64,000 bases of DNA from an uncultured Enterobacterales bacterium (GTDB lineage Bacteria > Myxococcota_A > UBA796 > CAJQPC01), in assembly GCA_964610645.1 (NCBI GenBank), contig CAZSZE010000015.1:707-64706 (forward strand), read 5' to 3'. The translations under genes were made by a program, and so were the position numbers. Below are positions 35,373-45,077 of the stretch, piece after piece; the first letter of the stretch is position 1; the number at the start of each line of letters is the position of its first letter. Below the pieces are notes generated by a model. It ran no database searches. It saw nothing but the letters and a program-made list of their open reading frames with translations, and was not told the origin of the DNA.

Positions 35373-37259
35373 ATGCCTGCCCTCTTGTCAGCGCTGGCGA
35401 GCAACCCCCGGCGGTCGCGCATCCTGGCCCTCGCGTGGTTCACCGCGTTGGCCATTGTTGCCACGTGGCCTTGGTTGCTTCACCCGGGATCCCAGGTGCT
35501 GGGAAGCGCGGACTCGGACACCATGAAGCACCTGTGGACCCTGTGGTGGATTCGGGCAAGTGTCCTGGATCAGGGCGTCTTTCCCTTTGCAACCGAACTG
35601 GTGAATCACCCCGCCGGGCTGGACCTCTACCCCATTGAACCCCTGAACGGGATCTTCGCGGTTCTGCTGGGCTTTCTGCCCCTTGTGTTCACAGCCAACC
35701 TGCTGGCCCTCGGGAATCTCGCGGCAACAGGCGTCTGTGGAGCCATGCTTGGCAGGCGGTTGTGCCCCGATCCAGAAGCCAGAGAGGCAGCCGGCCTCGC
35801 TGCCGGTACCTTGCTGCAGACCAGCGCGTTTGTCTCCTTCACGATCCACGTGGGGGTGGGAGAGCTGCAGCATGTCTGGTGGATTCCCCTGGGATTGTGT
35901 GCCTGGCTGGACGTCAGCGAGCACCGACGATGGAAGGACGGGCTGCGGCTGGCGTTGTGCCTGGTGGGTGCCACCCTCTCCGGCTTCTACCTGGGCTTCT
36001 TCCTGGCCCTTTCGGTTGCCGTGCTGTCCCTCCTGCGGCTGCTGTCGGATCGGAAGCGCCTCGCGCTCTTGGGCCGATATGCGCTGGCCGCCACACTTGT
36101 CCTGGCGATCCTCGTGCCCGTCGCCCGGTTCTTCTCGGCCTCCTATGGGGAGGGAGAGCCCCCGCGGATCGGGCTGATTCAATACGTTCTCGAGTCGGGC
36201 CATGGGCAGCCTGTCACGGACCCGGTCTCCGCCCGGTTGGATCCTGCGGAGCTGGTGCGTCCCGCCCGGGAGGCGCGTGCATCGGCCAGTCGGGAGCTCC
36301 TGGCCTATGGCGGGGGGCGGTACCTCGGCTGGCCGCTGCTGGTGCTGATCGGCCTTGGGATCCATGCACGAGGGAGACGGTCCATTCCCTGGTTGGTGGT
36401 GGGATCCATCGGCGCGGTGCTTGCCACCGGGAGCTACCTGGTCATCGGCGGCCTGGAGTACAGCACCCCCACCATCACCCGGCTCGGCATGCCCTTTCTC
36501 TCCCTGAACCGGGCCCTCGGGTACGTGGCGGAGCCCATCAACTTCCCCAACCGCTTCCTGGTGATCACGGTGGTGGCGGCATCTGCCCTGGCAGCCCTGG
36601 CAGCGGGAGGACAGATCCGGGGCCGACAACTTGCCGGGCCCGTGCTTGCGCTCTCTCTCCTGAACGCTGTGGATGTCCGGCTCCATGACCTCAATGGGTC
36701 CGGGCTCTCCCGGTTCGCGCTGACCGACTACACCGCGCTGGCTTCCGTGGAGGACGGGCAGGCTGTCGTGGACCTCAACCTCGCCTGGAGGGCAGACCCG
36801 GAGACCCGGGGCGCCTCACAAGCAGCCCAGATGATTCACCGCCAGGCGATCCAGGGGGTTCCCATCGAGCGGGTCGAGCAGTTTGCCCGGGACGGGCAGG
36901 TGCTGGTGCAGACCTTGCCCATGGTGGCAAAGCTGGAGCCCGCCTTCATGTACCAGCGGGAGGTCGTGCTGGATGTGGAAGAGCACCGGGAGGACCTGGC
37001 TTTGCTGCGAGCCAACGGATTTGACCGGGTCCTGCTCTTGGGAATCGGGGTGGACAACTCCGTGGCGCCGGCGCTGGTGTCCGCCCTGGAGCCCCTGCTG
37101 GGTACGCCGCTACTCTCGGACAGGCGAGCGGTCTTGTTCCAGATTCCCGCCGTGGACGCGAGCCCAGAGGAGATCGCCACCTGGCAGCATGCCCACGAGC
37201 TGCGCATCAAGGCCTGGTGGGGGCGCCAGGAGAGCAAGGTGGGTCAGCCGCTGAGGTAG
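35373..37259 (+). CDS. polytopic membrane protein with a large C-terminal soluble domain (unplaced family, paralogue A)
   Basis: ATG 35373. Many hydrophobic segments. Shares motifs with 43404-45077 (GSADSDTMKHLWTLWW, HVGVGELQHVWW, LRANGFDRVLLL). ORF-track extension rejected because it is antisense to the FG-GAP gene. Confidence 0.75.
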   Translation: MPALLSALASNPRRSRILALAWFTALAIVATWPWLLHPGSQVLGSADSDTMKHLWTLWWIRASVLDQGVFPFATELVNHPAGLDLYPIEPLNGIFAVLLGFLPLVFTANLLALGNLAATGVCGAMLGRRLCPDPEAREAAGLAAGTLLQTSAFVSFTIHVGVGELQHVWWIPLGLCAWLDVSEHRRWKDGLRLALCLVGATLSGFYLGFFLALSVAVLSLLRLLSDRKRLALLGRYALAATLVLAILVPVARFFSASYGEGEPPRIGLIQYVLESGHGQPVTDPVSARLDPAELVRPAREARASASRELLAYGGGRYLGWPLLVLIGLGIHARGRRSIPWLVVGSIGAVLATGSYLVIGGLEYSTPTITRLGMPFLSLNRALGYVAEPINFPNRFLVITVVAASALAALAAGGQIRGRQLAGPVLALSLLNAVDVRLHDLNGSGLSRFALTDYTALASVEDGQAVVDLNLAWRADPETRGASQAAQMIHRQAIQGVPIERVEQFARDGQVLVQTLPMVAKLEPAFMYQREVVLDVEEHREDLALLRANGFDRVLLLGIGVDNSVAPALVSALEPLLGTPLLSDRRAVLFQIPAVDASPEEIATWQHAHELRIKAWWGRQESKVGQPLR

Positions 37260-37266
37260 CCCGCCC

Positions 37267-38988
37267 CTATCCCCCGCTTCGAACCCCCCAACGCAAGAGG
37301 TACCAGGCCGATCGCGCATCTTCCGGGTCACAGGCCACCGCCCGGGCCAGGGAGGCGCCGGCCCCGGACATCCCCACGGTGAACTGCATCCGTCCCAGGT
37401 TGGCCCAGGCTGAGCAGAGATCGGGATCCAGGGTGGTGGCGGTGTGGAAGGCGGTCAGGGCATCTCCCAGGCAGGGAAACTTCCCCCGCTCACAGTCCGC
37501 GTGAAAGCCATGCCAGGCCACCCGCCCTTGTCGCTGCCAGGCAGTGGCGGAGTCCGGGCTGTGCGCTGTGGCCTCCCGGGCAAACCTCCACTCCCGTTCC
37601 AACTCGGTGCCCGGGTCTCGAATGTAAAAGCCACGCGTTGGATCCACCCCTTCCCCCAGCCAACCGTCCACGTGGCCTTCTCCAGGATCCGGCGTCTGGG
37701 CCAGGGTTCCCCCAGGCCAGACCTCCCCCACCAGGGCGTCGGCGAAAGCCTTGGCGATCAGGCTGTGCACCTCTGGGGTCGGATGGCAGTAGTCATAGAT
37801 CTGGGAGGTGTCCACGATGCCGTCCTTGGAGGCGGTGGACAGGAGCGCTGCAACATCCACCACTGCATCCGCCCGGTGGGAGAGGCTCCGGACCACCTCG
37901 TTTCGACGCGCCGTGGCCCGGTGGGGGTTCTCATCCAGCGCCAAAGCCGCCTGGAGGTGTTCCCGGGCGCCCGATGCGCCTCTCTCCCGCATCGCCATGC
38001 CCCAACGATAGTGGGTGATGGCTTCCGGCCAGACCTCCAGGGCAGCCTGGAACTCCGCATCGGCCCCGGCCACATCCCCCGCATCAAAGAGCGCCAGCCC
38101 CTGCTCCAGCCGTTCCACCACCTCGTCAGGCTCCGGTTGGCCAAAGGGAAACTCCGCGGGTGTCTCCGTCTCGTTCACCCCCACGGTCGACAGCACCACC
38201 GGCACGCCCGCAGCACTTGCCAGCTCCAGGATGCGCGAAAGGTGTCTCCGATAGGCTTCCGTCGCAAAGCGCCGATCCGCCTCCGTCAATCGCGCCCTCT
38301 GGTCCCACGGCAGCGCTTCATCGTCCGTGAATTCGGTCTGGCCCCAGTGGCCCGGGTTCCTCCCCCCGGCCCGGCCGGTGCCCAGTACACGGTCCAGCAA
38401 CTGGTACGTCCGCAAGCTGCGGGCCCGGCGGGACCAGCGAACCCCGGAAACCCAGCCCTCCAGGGCATCCGGCGGCAGGTATTTCCGCGCATCAAACCAC
38501 TCCAACAGCTCGTTGTTTCCGCTGTAGATCACCAGGGCATCGGGAGAATGGTGCGCGAGAACATCCTTGACCAGCATCAACACCTGCTGGCTGCCCCAGG
38601 CGATCACCCCAGCGTTGATGACCTCCACATCCACCCCGTCCCAGGCCCCGGCCAGGAGGCCCTCCAACTTGTCCGGCCAGGCACCCGCCCGGGTGAATCC
38701 AAAGCCGTGGACCGCGCTCCCTCCCAGGGCCACAACGCGGCGTACTTGGGGAGGCTTTGAAGCCGCAAACGGTGCCGGATGCCCGTCGACACGCGGCACG
38801 TGGACCGAGGTGCCCCGAGCAAGGGTGCGCGTTGGAAAAAACGGAGGCTCGTTGAGGGCGTGTTCCCGGCACCAACTGACCGTGCGATCGGTTTCCCCCT
38901 GCCATCCCGCTACCCGCAGCCCGACCTCCAGCAGGGGCCAAAGCAGCAGCAGGGGCACCAGGGAAAAGGCAAGACGCCGAACGCGCAC
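37267..38988 (-). CDS. membrane-anchored SGNH/GDSL-type hydrolase fused to TPR-like repeats
   Basis: N-terminal TM LAFSLVPLLLLWPLL. Block I VVALGGSAVHG, block III VIYSGNNE, block V IYDYCHPT (DxxH). C-terminal helical repeats. GTG start. Confidence 0.75.
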   Translation of the reverse strand: MRVRRLAFSLVPLLLLWPLLEVGLRVAGWQGETDRTVSWCREHALNEPPFFPTRTLARGTSVHVPRVDGHPAPFAASKPPQVRRVVALGGSAVHGFGFTRAGAWPDKLEGLLAGAWDGVDVEVINAGVIAWGSQQVLMLVKDVLAHHSPDALVIYSGNNELLEWFDARKYLPPDALEGWVSGVRWSRRARSLRTYQLLDRVLGTGRAGGRNPGHWGQTEFTDDEALPWDQRARLTEADRRFATEAYRRHLSRILELASAAGVPVVLSTVGVNETETPAEFPFGQPEPDEVVERLEQGLALFDAGDVAGADAEFQAALEVWPEAITHYRWGMAMRERGASGAREHLQAALALDENPHRATARRNEVVRSLSHRADAVVDVAALLSTASKDGIVDTSQIYDYCHPTPEVHSLIAKAFADALVGEVWPGGTLAQTPDPGEGHVDGWLGEGVDPTRGFYIRDPGTELEREWRFAREATAHSPDSATAWQRQGRVAWHGFHADCERGKFPCLGDALTAFHTATTLDPDLCSAWANLGRMQFTVGMSGAGASLARAVACDPEDARSAWYLLRWGVRSGG

Positions 38989-38998
38989 GGCGGGAGCT

Positions 38999-40717
38999 TC
39001 AGCCCTTGAAGGCTGCCATGGCCACCTTCACGAGGCCTCCCAATCCAGGACGCTCCTCGAAGGCCGTCAGGCGCCGTCCCAGGTCGGGCAGGTTGCCGTG
39101 GTTGTGGAACCAGGCCGGCTTGGGGGCGATGCGGAAGGGTGCCTCCAGGACGGACTTCTGGGGGTGGTCCACCAGGAAGGTGTTGTGGACGAATCCGCGC
39201 CCCGAGACAATGTCCTCCAGGGTATGCCCCGGATAGGCGCCCCAGGTGGTGCAGATGAGGCCGTAGATCACGCCGCCCCAGACATTGATCCCGATGCCGC
39301 CGTACTGCAGGTTGGAAATGGCGGAATCGAATGCTTCCGGATGGGCCTTTTTGGTCTTTGGATGGACCAGGACCATGCAGGAGAGGGTGCCCCAAAGGGA
39401 GTCGTTGGCAAAAGTCACCGCCTTCCCCAGGAACTCGTCGGCGTCGGTGGCATCGATGTCCACTTCCGCCAGGACGCCGCAGAAGGCCTCGTGGGTCAGG
39501 GCATACTCCCCCTTCTCGGCAGGCACATCCGGGAGAACCGTCCAGGGAACGACCTCTGCGGTGTCTTCCGCCAGGGGAATGGCGTTGGGGTAGCGGTCCC
39601 GGAACGTGCTGTAGCGCTCCTTTGCACCCGGGTAGTAGGCCTTTCTCGGCTCCGTGTGGGCCAGGGCCTCGCGCACCTTCATCACAAAGGCATCCCGGTG
39701 CTCCCAGCCGCTGGCCAGGACCAACACCTTGGCGGCGTTGCAATTGAAGGACCCGTTGTGGGCCACCATGCTGGCCACGTGCTCCGCCTGGAACTGCAGG
39801 TCCGCTTCCGACCAGGGACCGGGCACCACGAACACGGGGGTCACACACCCCAGCTCGGAGGTGATGGGCTTGGTCAGGACCGGCTCCCCTGCAGCCTTCC
39901 GGCGGGCCTTCTCCTCCGGCGCCCCTCCCCAGACAATGGCGTCGTGGGTGGAGTCTGACCCGGTGATGTGTACGCTCACAATCTTCGGGTGGTGGCAGAG
40001 GTGTCCCCCCACCTCGGCACCGCCGTGAACAATCGCCAGGACCCCGGCTTCAATCAGCGGTGCAAAGGCCCGCTCCATGACCGGTCCCAGGTAGGCGTTG
40101 ACCGGGTTGGTCTTGAGAATCACCACCTCGTCTTCCACGAAGAGCTTGTGGATCACATCCAGGGGTCCAATGGAGGAGACATTGCCGGCCCCAAGGACCA
40201 GGGACACCCCACCGGCGGGCCCGTTGCCCTCCGCCTTGGCCCGGTAGAGACCCGCCAGGGAAGACGGCTTGCCCGGCTCGACCCACACATCTCCCTTGAA
40301 GCCCGTGAAGAGAACCTTGTCCATCCAGTTGGCGGGAAAGACATGGACGATTTCCTGGCCATCGGGACGGGTGGTCCGCCCGGCAACAGGTGGCTCCCCT
40401 CCATCCCGCACCGCCTCCAGGGACTCCGCCAGCAAGCGCAGGTGCCGCATGCACACCATGGGGCCGCCCAGGGAGATCTCCCCTTCAATGCCACTGCCCG
40501 CTGCACCGCCCTTGGCCTTTGTTCCTGCAGCAACCCAGTCGTCGTAGGACGCCGCCAGGGTGGGCATGCTGGCCCGCAACAAGGAGATGCGATCGTCAAG
40601 GGAGGTCGCCACCCAACCCGCGGAAACGCCATGAAGAGCGTCGACCAGCTCGTCCAGACGTGCGATCGGCGTGGCGGGCTGGCTGGAGGGAGGCTCGGGA
40701 AATGCAGGTGAGGCCAT
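38999..40717 (-). CDS. aldehyde dehydrogenase superfamily protein (long form)
   Basis: ITSELGCVTP aligns to the ALDH ELGGK/N strand and NGSFNCNAAK to the catalytic-Cys strand. LVLGAGNVSSI is NAD-binding-like. Confidence 0.65.
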   Translation of the reverse strand: MASPAFPEPPSSQPATPIARLDELVDALHGVSAGWVATSLDDRISLLRASMPTLAASYDDWVAAGTKAKGGAAGSGIEGEISLGGPMVCMRHLRLLAESLEAVRDGGEPPVAGRTTRPDGQEIVHVFPANWMDKVLFTGFKGDVWVEPGKPSSLAGLYRAKAEGNGPAGGVSLVLGAGNVSSIGPLDVIHKLFVEDEVVILKTNPVNAYLGPVMERAFAPLIEAGVLAIVHGGAEVGGHLCHHPKIVSVHITGSDSTHDAIVWGGAPEEKARRKAAGEPVLTKPITSELGCVTPVFVVPGPWSEADLQFQAEHVASMVAHNGSFNCNAAKVLVLASGWEHRDAFVMKVREALAHTEPRKAYYPGAKERYSTFRDRYPNAIPLAEDTAEVVPWTVLPDVPAEKGEYALTHEAFCGVLAEVDIDATDADEFLGKAVTFANDSLWGTLSCMVLVHPKTKKAHPEAFDSAISNLQYGGIGINVWGGVIYGLICTTWGAYPGHTLEDIVSGRGFVHNTFLVDHPQKSVLEAPFRIAPKPAWFHNHGNLPDLGRRLTAFEERPGLGGLVKVAMAAFKG

Positions 40718-40744
40718 CGGAATGCTCCGTGAAAGTCCCCCCCC

Positions 40745-43369
40745 TTATCCGGTTTTGCGCGGAGGACGCACCCCCACCCCCCGCGCTGCATCCGTGTCCC
40801 GCATGGGAAGGCGGTTGTGCCAGGTCCCGCTGTGGGAGGTGATGGCGGCAGCAATGGCGGGCGCGGTCGGTACCAGGCCAATCTCCCCGATTCCCTTGGC
40901 ACCATAGGGTCCCGCCAGGTCCGGCTGTTCCACCAGGATCGACGTGATGCGCGGTGTGTGCTTCGCCTTGAGGATTCCCAGGGCCCGGAAGCGCAGATCC
41001 GGCACGCCGCCCTCCATGAGCAGCTCCTCGGAGAGGGCGTAGCCAATGCCCATGTGCACGGCGCCTTCGATCTGGCCCTCGCAGGAGATGGGGTTGATGG
41101 CCCGTCCCACATCGTGGGCTGCCACCACCTCTTCGAGGAGGCCGTCTTCCCCGACGATGGCCAGCTGGGTGGCGTAGCCAAAGGCATAGTGGGTGACCGG
41201 CTCGAATTCGTTGTCATAGGAGCCCGGCTTGTGGGTCACCGGCGCCTTCCAGATACCGCGGTACACCTGGCCTTCCAGGGCAGAGAGGTCCCCGCCGGCT
41301 TGCTCCAATTCGGAGATCAGCGACGGCGCCGCCGCCAGGACCGCATTGCCCCCCAGGTACGTGGCCCGGGAGGCCGTGGTCATGCCCGTGTCCACCATGA
41401 CCGAGGTGTCGCATTCCACAGTGAAAGTCTCGACCGACAGGCCGGTGGCCTCCGCTGCGAACTGGCGCATGACCGTGTCATGCCCCTGGCCCATTTCCGT
41501 GAATCCGGTCTTGATGCAGATGTGCCCGGTCCGAACGTGCAGCTCGACCCGTCCCTCCTCTTCAAAGCCATTGCCCATGCCGACATTCTTCATTCCGCAG
41601 GCCACCCCCACGTGCTTGCCGGCCGCTCGGGCAGCCTCGTAGTGGGGCTTGATGGCCAGAAGGGTCGCCCGAATGCCCACCGAGGCATCCATGACCTGTC
41701 CTGTGCTGAAAGTGTCCCCTACATCCAGCGCATTCCGGTAGCGCAGATCAAATGGATCCAGGCCCAGTTTTTCAGCGAGCCGGTCCAGGCATCCCTCCAG
41801 GGCAAAGGCAATCTGGTTCACCCCAAAGCCGCGCATGGCCCCGGCCACCGGGTTGTTGGTGTAGATGGTCTTGGCTTCCACCTGCACGTTGGGCACGTGG
41901 TACGGCCCGCAGGCATGCCCGGCGGCCCGCTCGAGGACCTTGTCCCCCACGGAGGCATAGCCGCCGGTGTCCCCGAGAATCTCCGTCTTCACTGCCACCA
42001 GGGTGCCGTCGCTCTTGGCCCCGAGGGTGAAATCAATCAGCATCGCGTGCCGCTTGGGGTGGAAACGGGTGGACTCCGCCATGGTGAGGGCCACCTTGAC
42101 CGGTTGGCCCGTCTTGAGGGCGAGCATGGCGGCCTGGGGCTGCACGTTGAGGTCTTCCTTTGCGCCAAACCCCCCTCCCGTGGCCACCAGCTCCACCACC
42201 AGTTTTTCCGGGGGCAGGTCAAACAGCGGACAGAGCTGCTTCTGATCGTCGAAGACGCCCTGGCCGCAGGAGTAGATGTGCAGGCCCCCGTCTGCATCGG
42301 GAATGGCCAGAGAGGCCTCGGGCTCCAGGAAGGCCTGGTCAATGGGCTGTACCTGAAAGGACTCGGAAATGACGATGTCGCACTCCCCCGCCAGCGCCGC
42401 GGACACATCGCCCTTCACCACGTTGCAGGTGGTCAGCACGTTGTCCGGGTTGGTCGCAGCCAGGGCGAGGTCCGTCAGAGGCACAAGCTCCTCGACCTCC
42501 ACCTCGATGAGATCCCGCGCCCGCAATGCCAGCTCCCGGGTGTCCGCAGCCACAGCCGCCAGGATGTCCGCCACGCACCGGGTCTCCTCCCCCACCGCAA
42601 TCATCACCGGCCAGTCCCGGTAGATGAGCCCCACCTTGCGGTCCGGCCCAAAGTCCTCGGCCGTCACCACCGCGTGCACCCCTTCCAATGCCAGGGCACG
42701 GGAGGCATCGATGCGCAGCACCTTGCACTTCGGGTGTGGGGTCCAGACCAGGGCTCCGTGCAGCATGCCCGGCTGGATCATGTCGTCAATGTAGGGCCGC
42801 TCCCCCAGCACCAGGTCGTGGCCCCGGTTGCGGGAAAGGGACTCCCCGATGCCCTTGCAGGAGGGGGACTCCACAGGAATCTCCCCAGACTTCATCTTGG
42901 CAGCCATGTGCACCGAATCGCGGATCTTCACCCAGCCCGTACACCGACAGATGTGCATGTTGAGGGCCTTGTCGATGTCCGCATCCGTGGGGTCCGGGTT
43001 CTTTTCCAACAATGCGCCCACTTGAAGCGCAATCCCCGGGGTGCAATAGCCGCACTGGGTGCCTCCGCATTGGTTGAAGGACTCCGCGAGAATGGCGCGG
43101 TCTTCATCGGCGAATCCCTCGAGGGTCTTCACCTCCTTCCCCGCCACGTTCTTGAAGGGCAGGGTGCACATGAGGCGCACCTTTCCATCCACCATGGCTG
43201 CACAGCAGCCGCAGATTCCCTGGGGAGAGCAGCCGGGCTTGATGGAGCGAATTCCCAGGTCTTCCCGCAGCACATCCAGGACATTTCGCTCGCCCCGGGC
43301 TGTGTGGGTGACCGCCACCCCATTCAGTGTGAATTCGACGGGGATCGGCGTGGTCGGTTCCGCAGACAT
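40745..43369 (-). CDS. molybdopterin-dependent aldehyde oxidoreductase/xanthine dehydrogenase family, fused 2x[2Fe-2S] + Moco domains, no FAD domain (Mop-like)
   Basis: N-terminus GCSPQGICGCCAAMVDG and GGTQCGYCTPG...ICRCTGW give two 2Fe-2S sites. Followed directly by Moco domains (GGGFGAKE, AMRGFG, GEIGLVP). 874 aa from ATG 43369. Confidence 0.88.
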   Translation of the reverse strand: MSAEPTTPIPVEFTLNGVAVTHTARGERNVLDVLREDLGIRSIKPGCSPQGICGCCAAMVDGKVRLMCTLPFKNVAGKEVKTLEGFADEDRAILAESFNQCGGTQCGYCTPGIALQVGALLEKNPDPTDADIDKALNMHICRCTGWVKIRDSVHMAAKMKSGEIPVESPSCKGIGESLSRNRGHDLVLGERPYIDDMIQPGMLHGALVWTPHPKCKVLRIDASRALALEGVHAVVTAEDFGPDRKVGLIYRDWPVMIAVGEETRCVADILAAVAADTRELALRARDLIEVEVEELVPLTDLALAATNPDNVLTTCNVVKGDVSAALAGECDIVISESFQVQPIDQAFLEPEASLAIPDADGGLHIYSCGQGVFDDQKQLCPLFDLPPEKLVVELVATGGGFGAKEDLNVQPQAAMLALKTGQPVKVALTMAESTRFHPKRHAMLIDFTLGAKSDGTLVAVKTEILGDTGGYASVGDKVLERAAGHACGPYHVPNVQVEAKTIYTNNPVAGAMRGFGVNQIAFALEGCLDRLAEKLGLDPFDLRYRNALDVGDTFSTGQVMDASVGIRATLLAIKPHYEAARAAGKHVGVACGMKNVGMGNGFEEEGRVELHVRTGHICIKTGFTEMGQGHDTVMRQFAAEATGLSVETFTVECDTSVMVDTGMTTASRATYLGGNAVLAAAPSLISELEQAGGDLSALEGQVYRGIWKAPVTHKPGSYDNEFEPVTHYAFGYATQLAIVGEDGLLEEVVAAHDVGRAINPISCEGQIEGAVHMGIGYALSEELLMEGGVPDLRFRALGILKAKHTPRITSILVEQPDLAGPYGAKGIGEIGLVPTAPAIAAAITSHSGTWHNRLPMRDTDAARGVGVRPPRKTG

Positions 43370-43403
43370 TGGCAGGACTCCGGGTTGGTGCCTATCGTAG
43401 CCC

Positions 43404-45077
43404 ATGGAACGTTTGAGGCCCCCTCTTCTGCTGCCACTTGTGGGGGTCAGTCTGTGTACCCTTGCTGTGCTTGCACCGGGGCTCTTCAGCGGCGAGGCCA
43501 TCGGGCACCCCATTTCCGACATGCCGGACCATCTGCAGGGCAGCTGGTGGTTTGGTGGGGAACTTCTGAATGGCCGGGTTCCCCTTCACACCCGGATCAC
43601 GCACCTCCCGGGGGGCGGCGTGCTCTGGTATGCCGACCCGGTCGGGGCGCTCATGGCCCTGCCCTTTCGCTCCCTGGGCTACCCGGCCGCTTGGAATCTC
43701 ACCCTGCTGATCCAGGTCTGGCTCACAGGGCTCGCAGGCCTGTGCCTGGGGTGGCAGCAAACCCGTCGCGCCGAGGGAGCATTTTTCTGCGGCCTGGTGG
43801 GGGTGGCATCGCCCTATGGCATCTCCCTGCTTCATTCCGGGGTGTCGGAAGCCCTGGGTCTCGCCTGGCCGACCTTTTTCCTCGCAGCCCTTCTGCGCAT
43901 GCACGCGGGAGCGGGATTCTTGGTCCCTGCAGTCCTGCTCGGTATTTGCACGGTGCAGTCCGCCTACTACGGCCTGTTTGGACTGCTCCTGGTGGCGGTG
44001 TTCATTCCCGGAGAGGGCTGGCGGACCCGCCTTTGGGCGTCCTGCAAGCTCGGGGCGGTCTGGGCCGCCCTGGCAGCGCCGGTGTTGGCAGCGATCCGGT
44101 GGACCGTGGCCCACCCGGATGCGGTCTTTTCAGCCGCCCAGACCCCCGGATGGAACCAGCCCGCCATTCCTGCCACGGACCTGCTTTCCTGGTTCCATCC
44201 CGGTGCCTGGTATGCCCCGAACACGCCCGCTCTGGGCAATCCGGGCATCCTCCATGTGAACTACCTGGGATTTGTGCTGGTGGCCCTGGCGATTCTTGGG
44301 GCGATTCGAGCCCGGCCCCGGAGTCTCTCTCGGGCCACCCTCGGCTACGGAGTGCTCTGCCTGGGTCCCGTGCTGTCGTTCAACCGAAAGCCGGTCTACA
44401 TCGGTTCGCAGCGCTTGTTCCTGCCCCTGGCCCTGCTGTTTGTCCCGGGGTCGCCCTTTGCCTCGCTACACCATCCCTACCGCATGGTGGCCTTTTTGCT
44501 CCCCTTGTTGGGACTCTTGGCAGCCGAGGGCCTGCCCCACCTTCCGCGCCTGGTCCGGTGGTGCGCGCCCATCGCCCTGCTTGCCGAGTGGCTCCTCGTG
44601 TCCCCAGCCCCCTGGCCCGTGGTCACAACGCCCATCGCGCATACCCGGGTGCTGGACGAGATGGAGGGAGACGGTGCCATCCTGGACTGGCCCCCGGATC
44701 GGACCACCGCCAACCGGGCCTACCTGCTGGCCCAGGTCCACCACGGGCGGCCGATTCCCTATGGGCCCGCCCAGTTCCTGTCCGAGGCTTTGCGGACCGA
44801 TCCGCTCGTGGCGGAGCTTCTCCAGGAGCTGGAGGACCCGGTGGGCCGCGCCCGGGGACGGGACGTGCCGTTCATGGGCACCGTGTTGCTCACCCCAGTG
44901 GGACAGGCCACGCGCCTGCGCAGCCATGGGTTCGACACGGTGCTGGTGCACCGTCGGTACCTGTCAGAAAACGAACTGGCCCTGGCAACAGCGACGTTGA
45001 ACGAGTGGTTGGGAGAGGCCGATGCGGAGGTGGATGGAGTGTTTGGGTGGAACCTGGCCTACAGCGACCCCGAGTAG
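43404..45077 (+). CDS. polytopic membrane protein with a C-terminal soluble domain (unplaced family, paralogue B)
   Basis: Shares motifs with 35373-37259 (GHPISDMPDHLQGSWW, HSGVSEALGLAW, LRSHGFDTVLVH). Many TM segments. Confidence 0.75.
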   Translation: MERLRPPLLLPLVGVSLCTLAVLAPGLFSGEAIGHPISDMPDHLQGSWWFGGELLNGRVPLHTRITHLPGGGVLWYADPVGALMALPFRSLGYPAAWNLTLLIQVWLTGLAGLCLGWQQTRRAEGAFFCGLVGVASPYGISLLHSGVSEALGLAWPTFFLAALLRMHAGAGFLVPAVLLGICTVQSAYYGLFGLLLVAVFIPGEGWRTRLWASCKLGAVWAALAAPVLAAIRWTVAHPDAVFSAAQTPGWNQPAIPATDLLSWFHPGAWYAPNTPALGNPGILHVNYLGFVLVALAILGAIRARPRSLSRATLGYGVLCLGPVLSFNRKPVYIGSQRLFLPLALLFVPGSPFASLHHPYRMVAFLLPLLGLLAAEGLPHLPRLVRWCAPIALLAEWLLVSPAPWPVVTTPIAHTRVLDEMEGDGAILDWPPDRTTANRAYLLAQVHHGRPIPYGPAQFLSEALRTDPLVAELLQELEDPVGRARGRDVPFMGTVLLTPVGQATRLRSHGFDTVLVHRRYLSENELALATATLNEWLGEADAEVDGVFGWNLAYSDPE

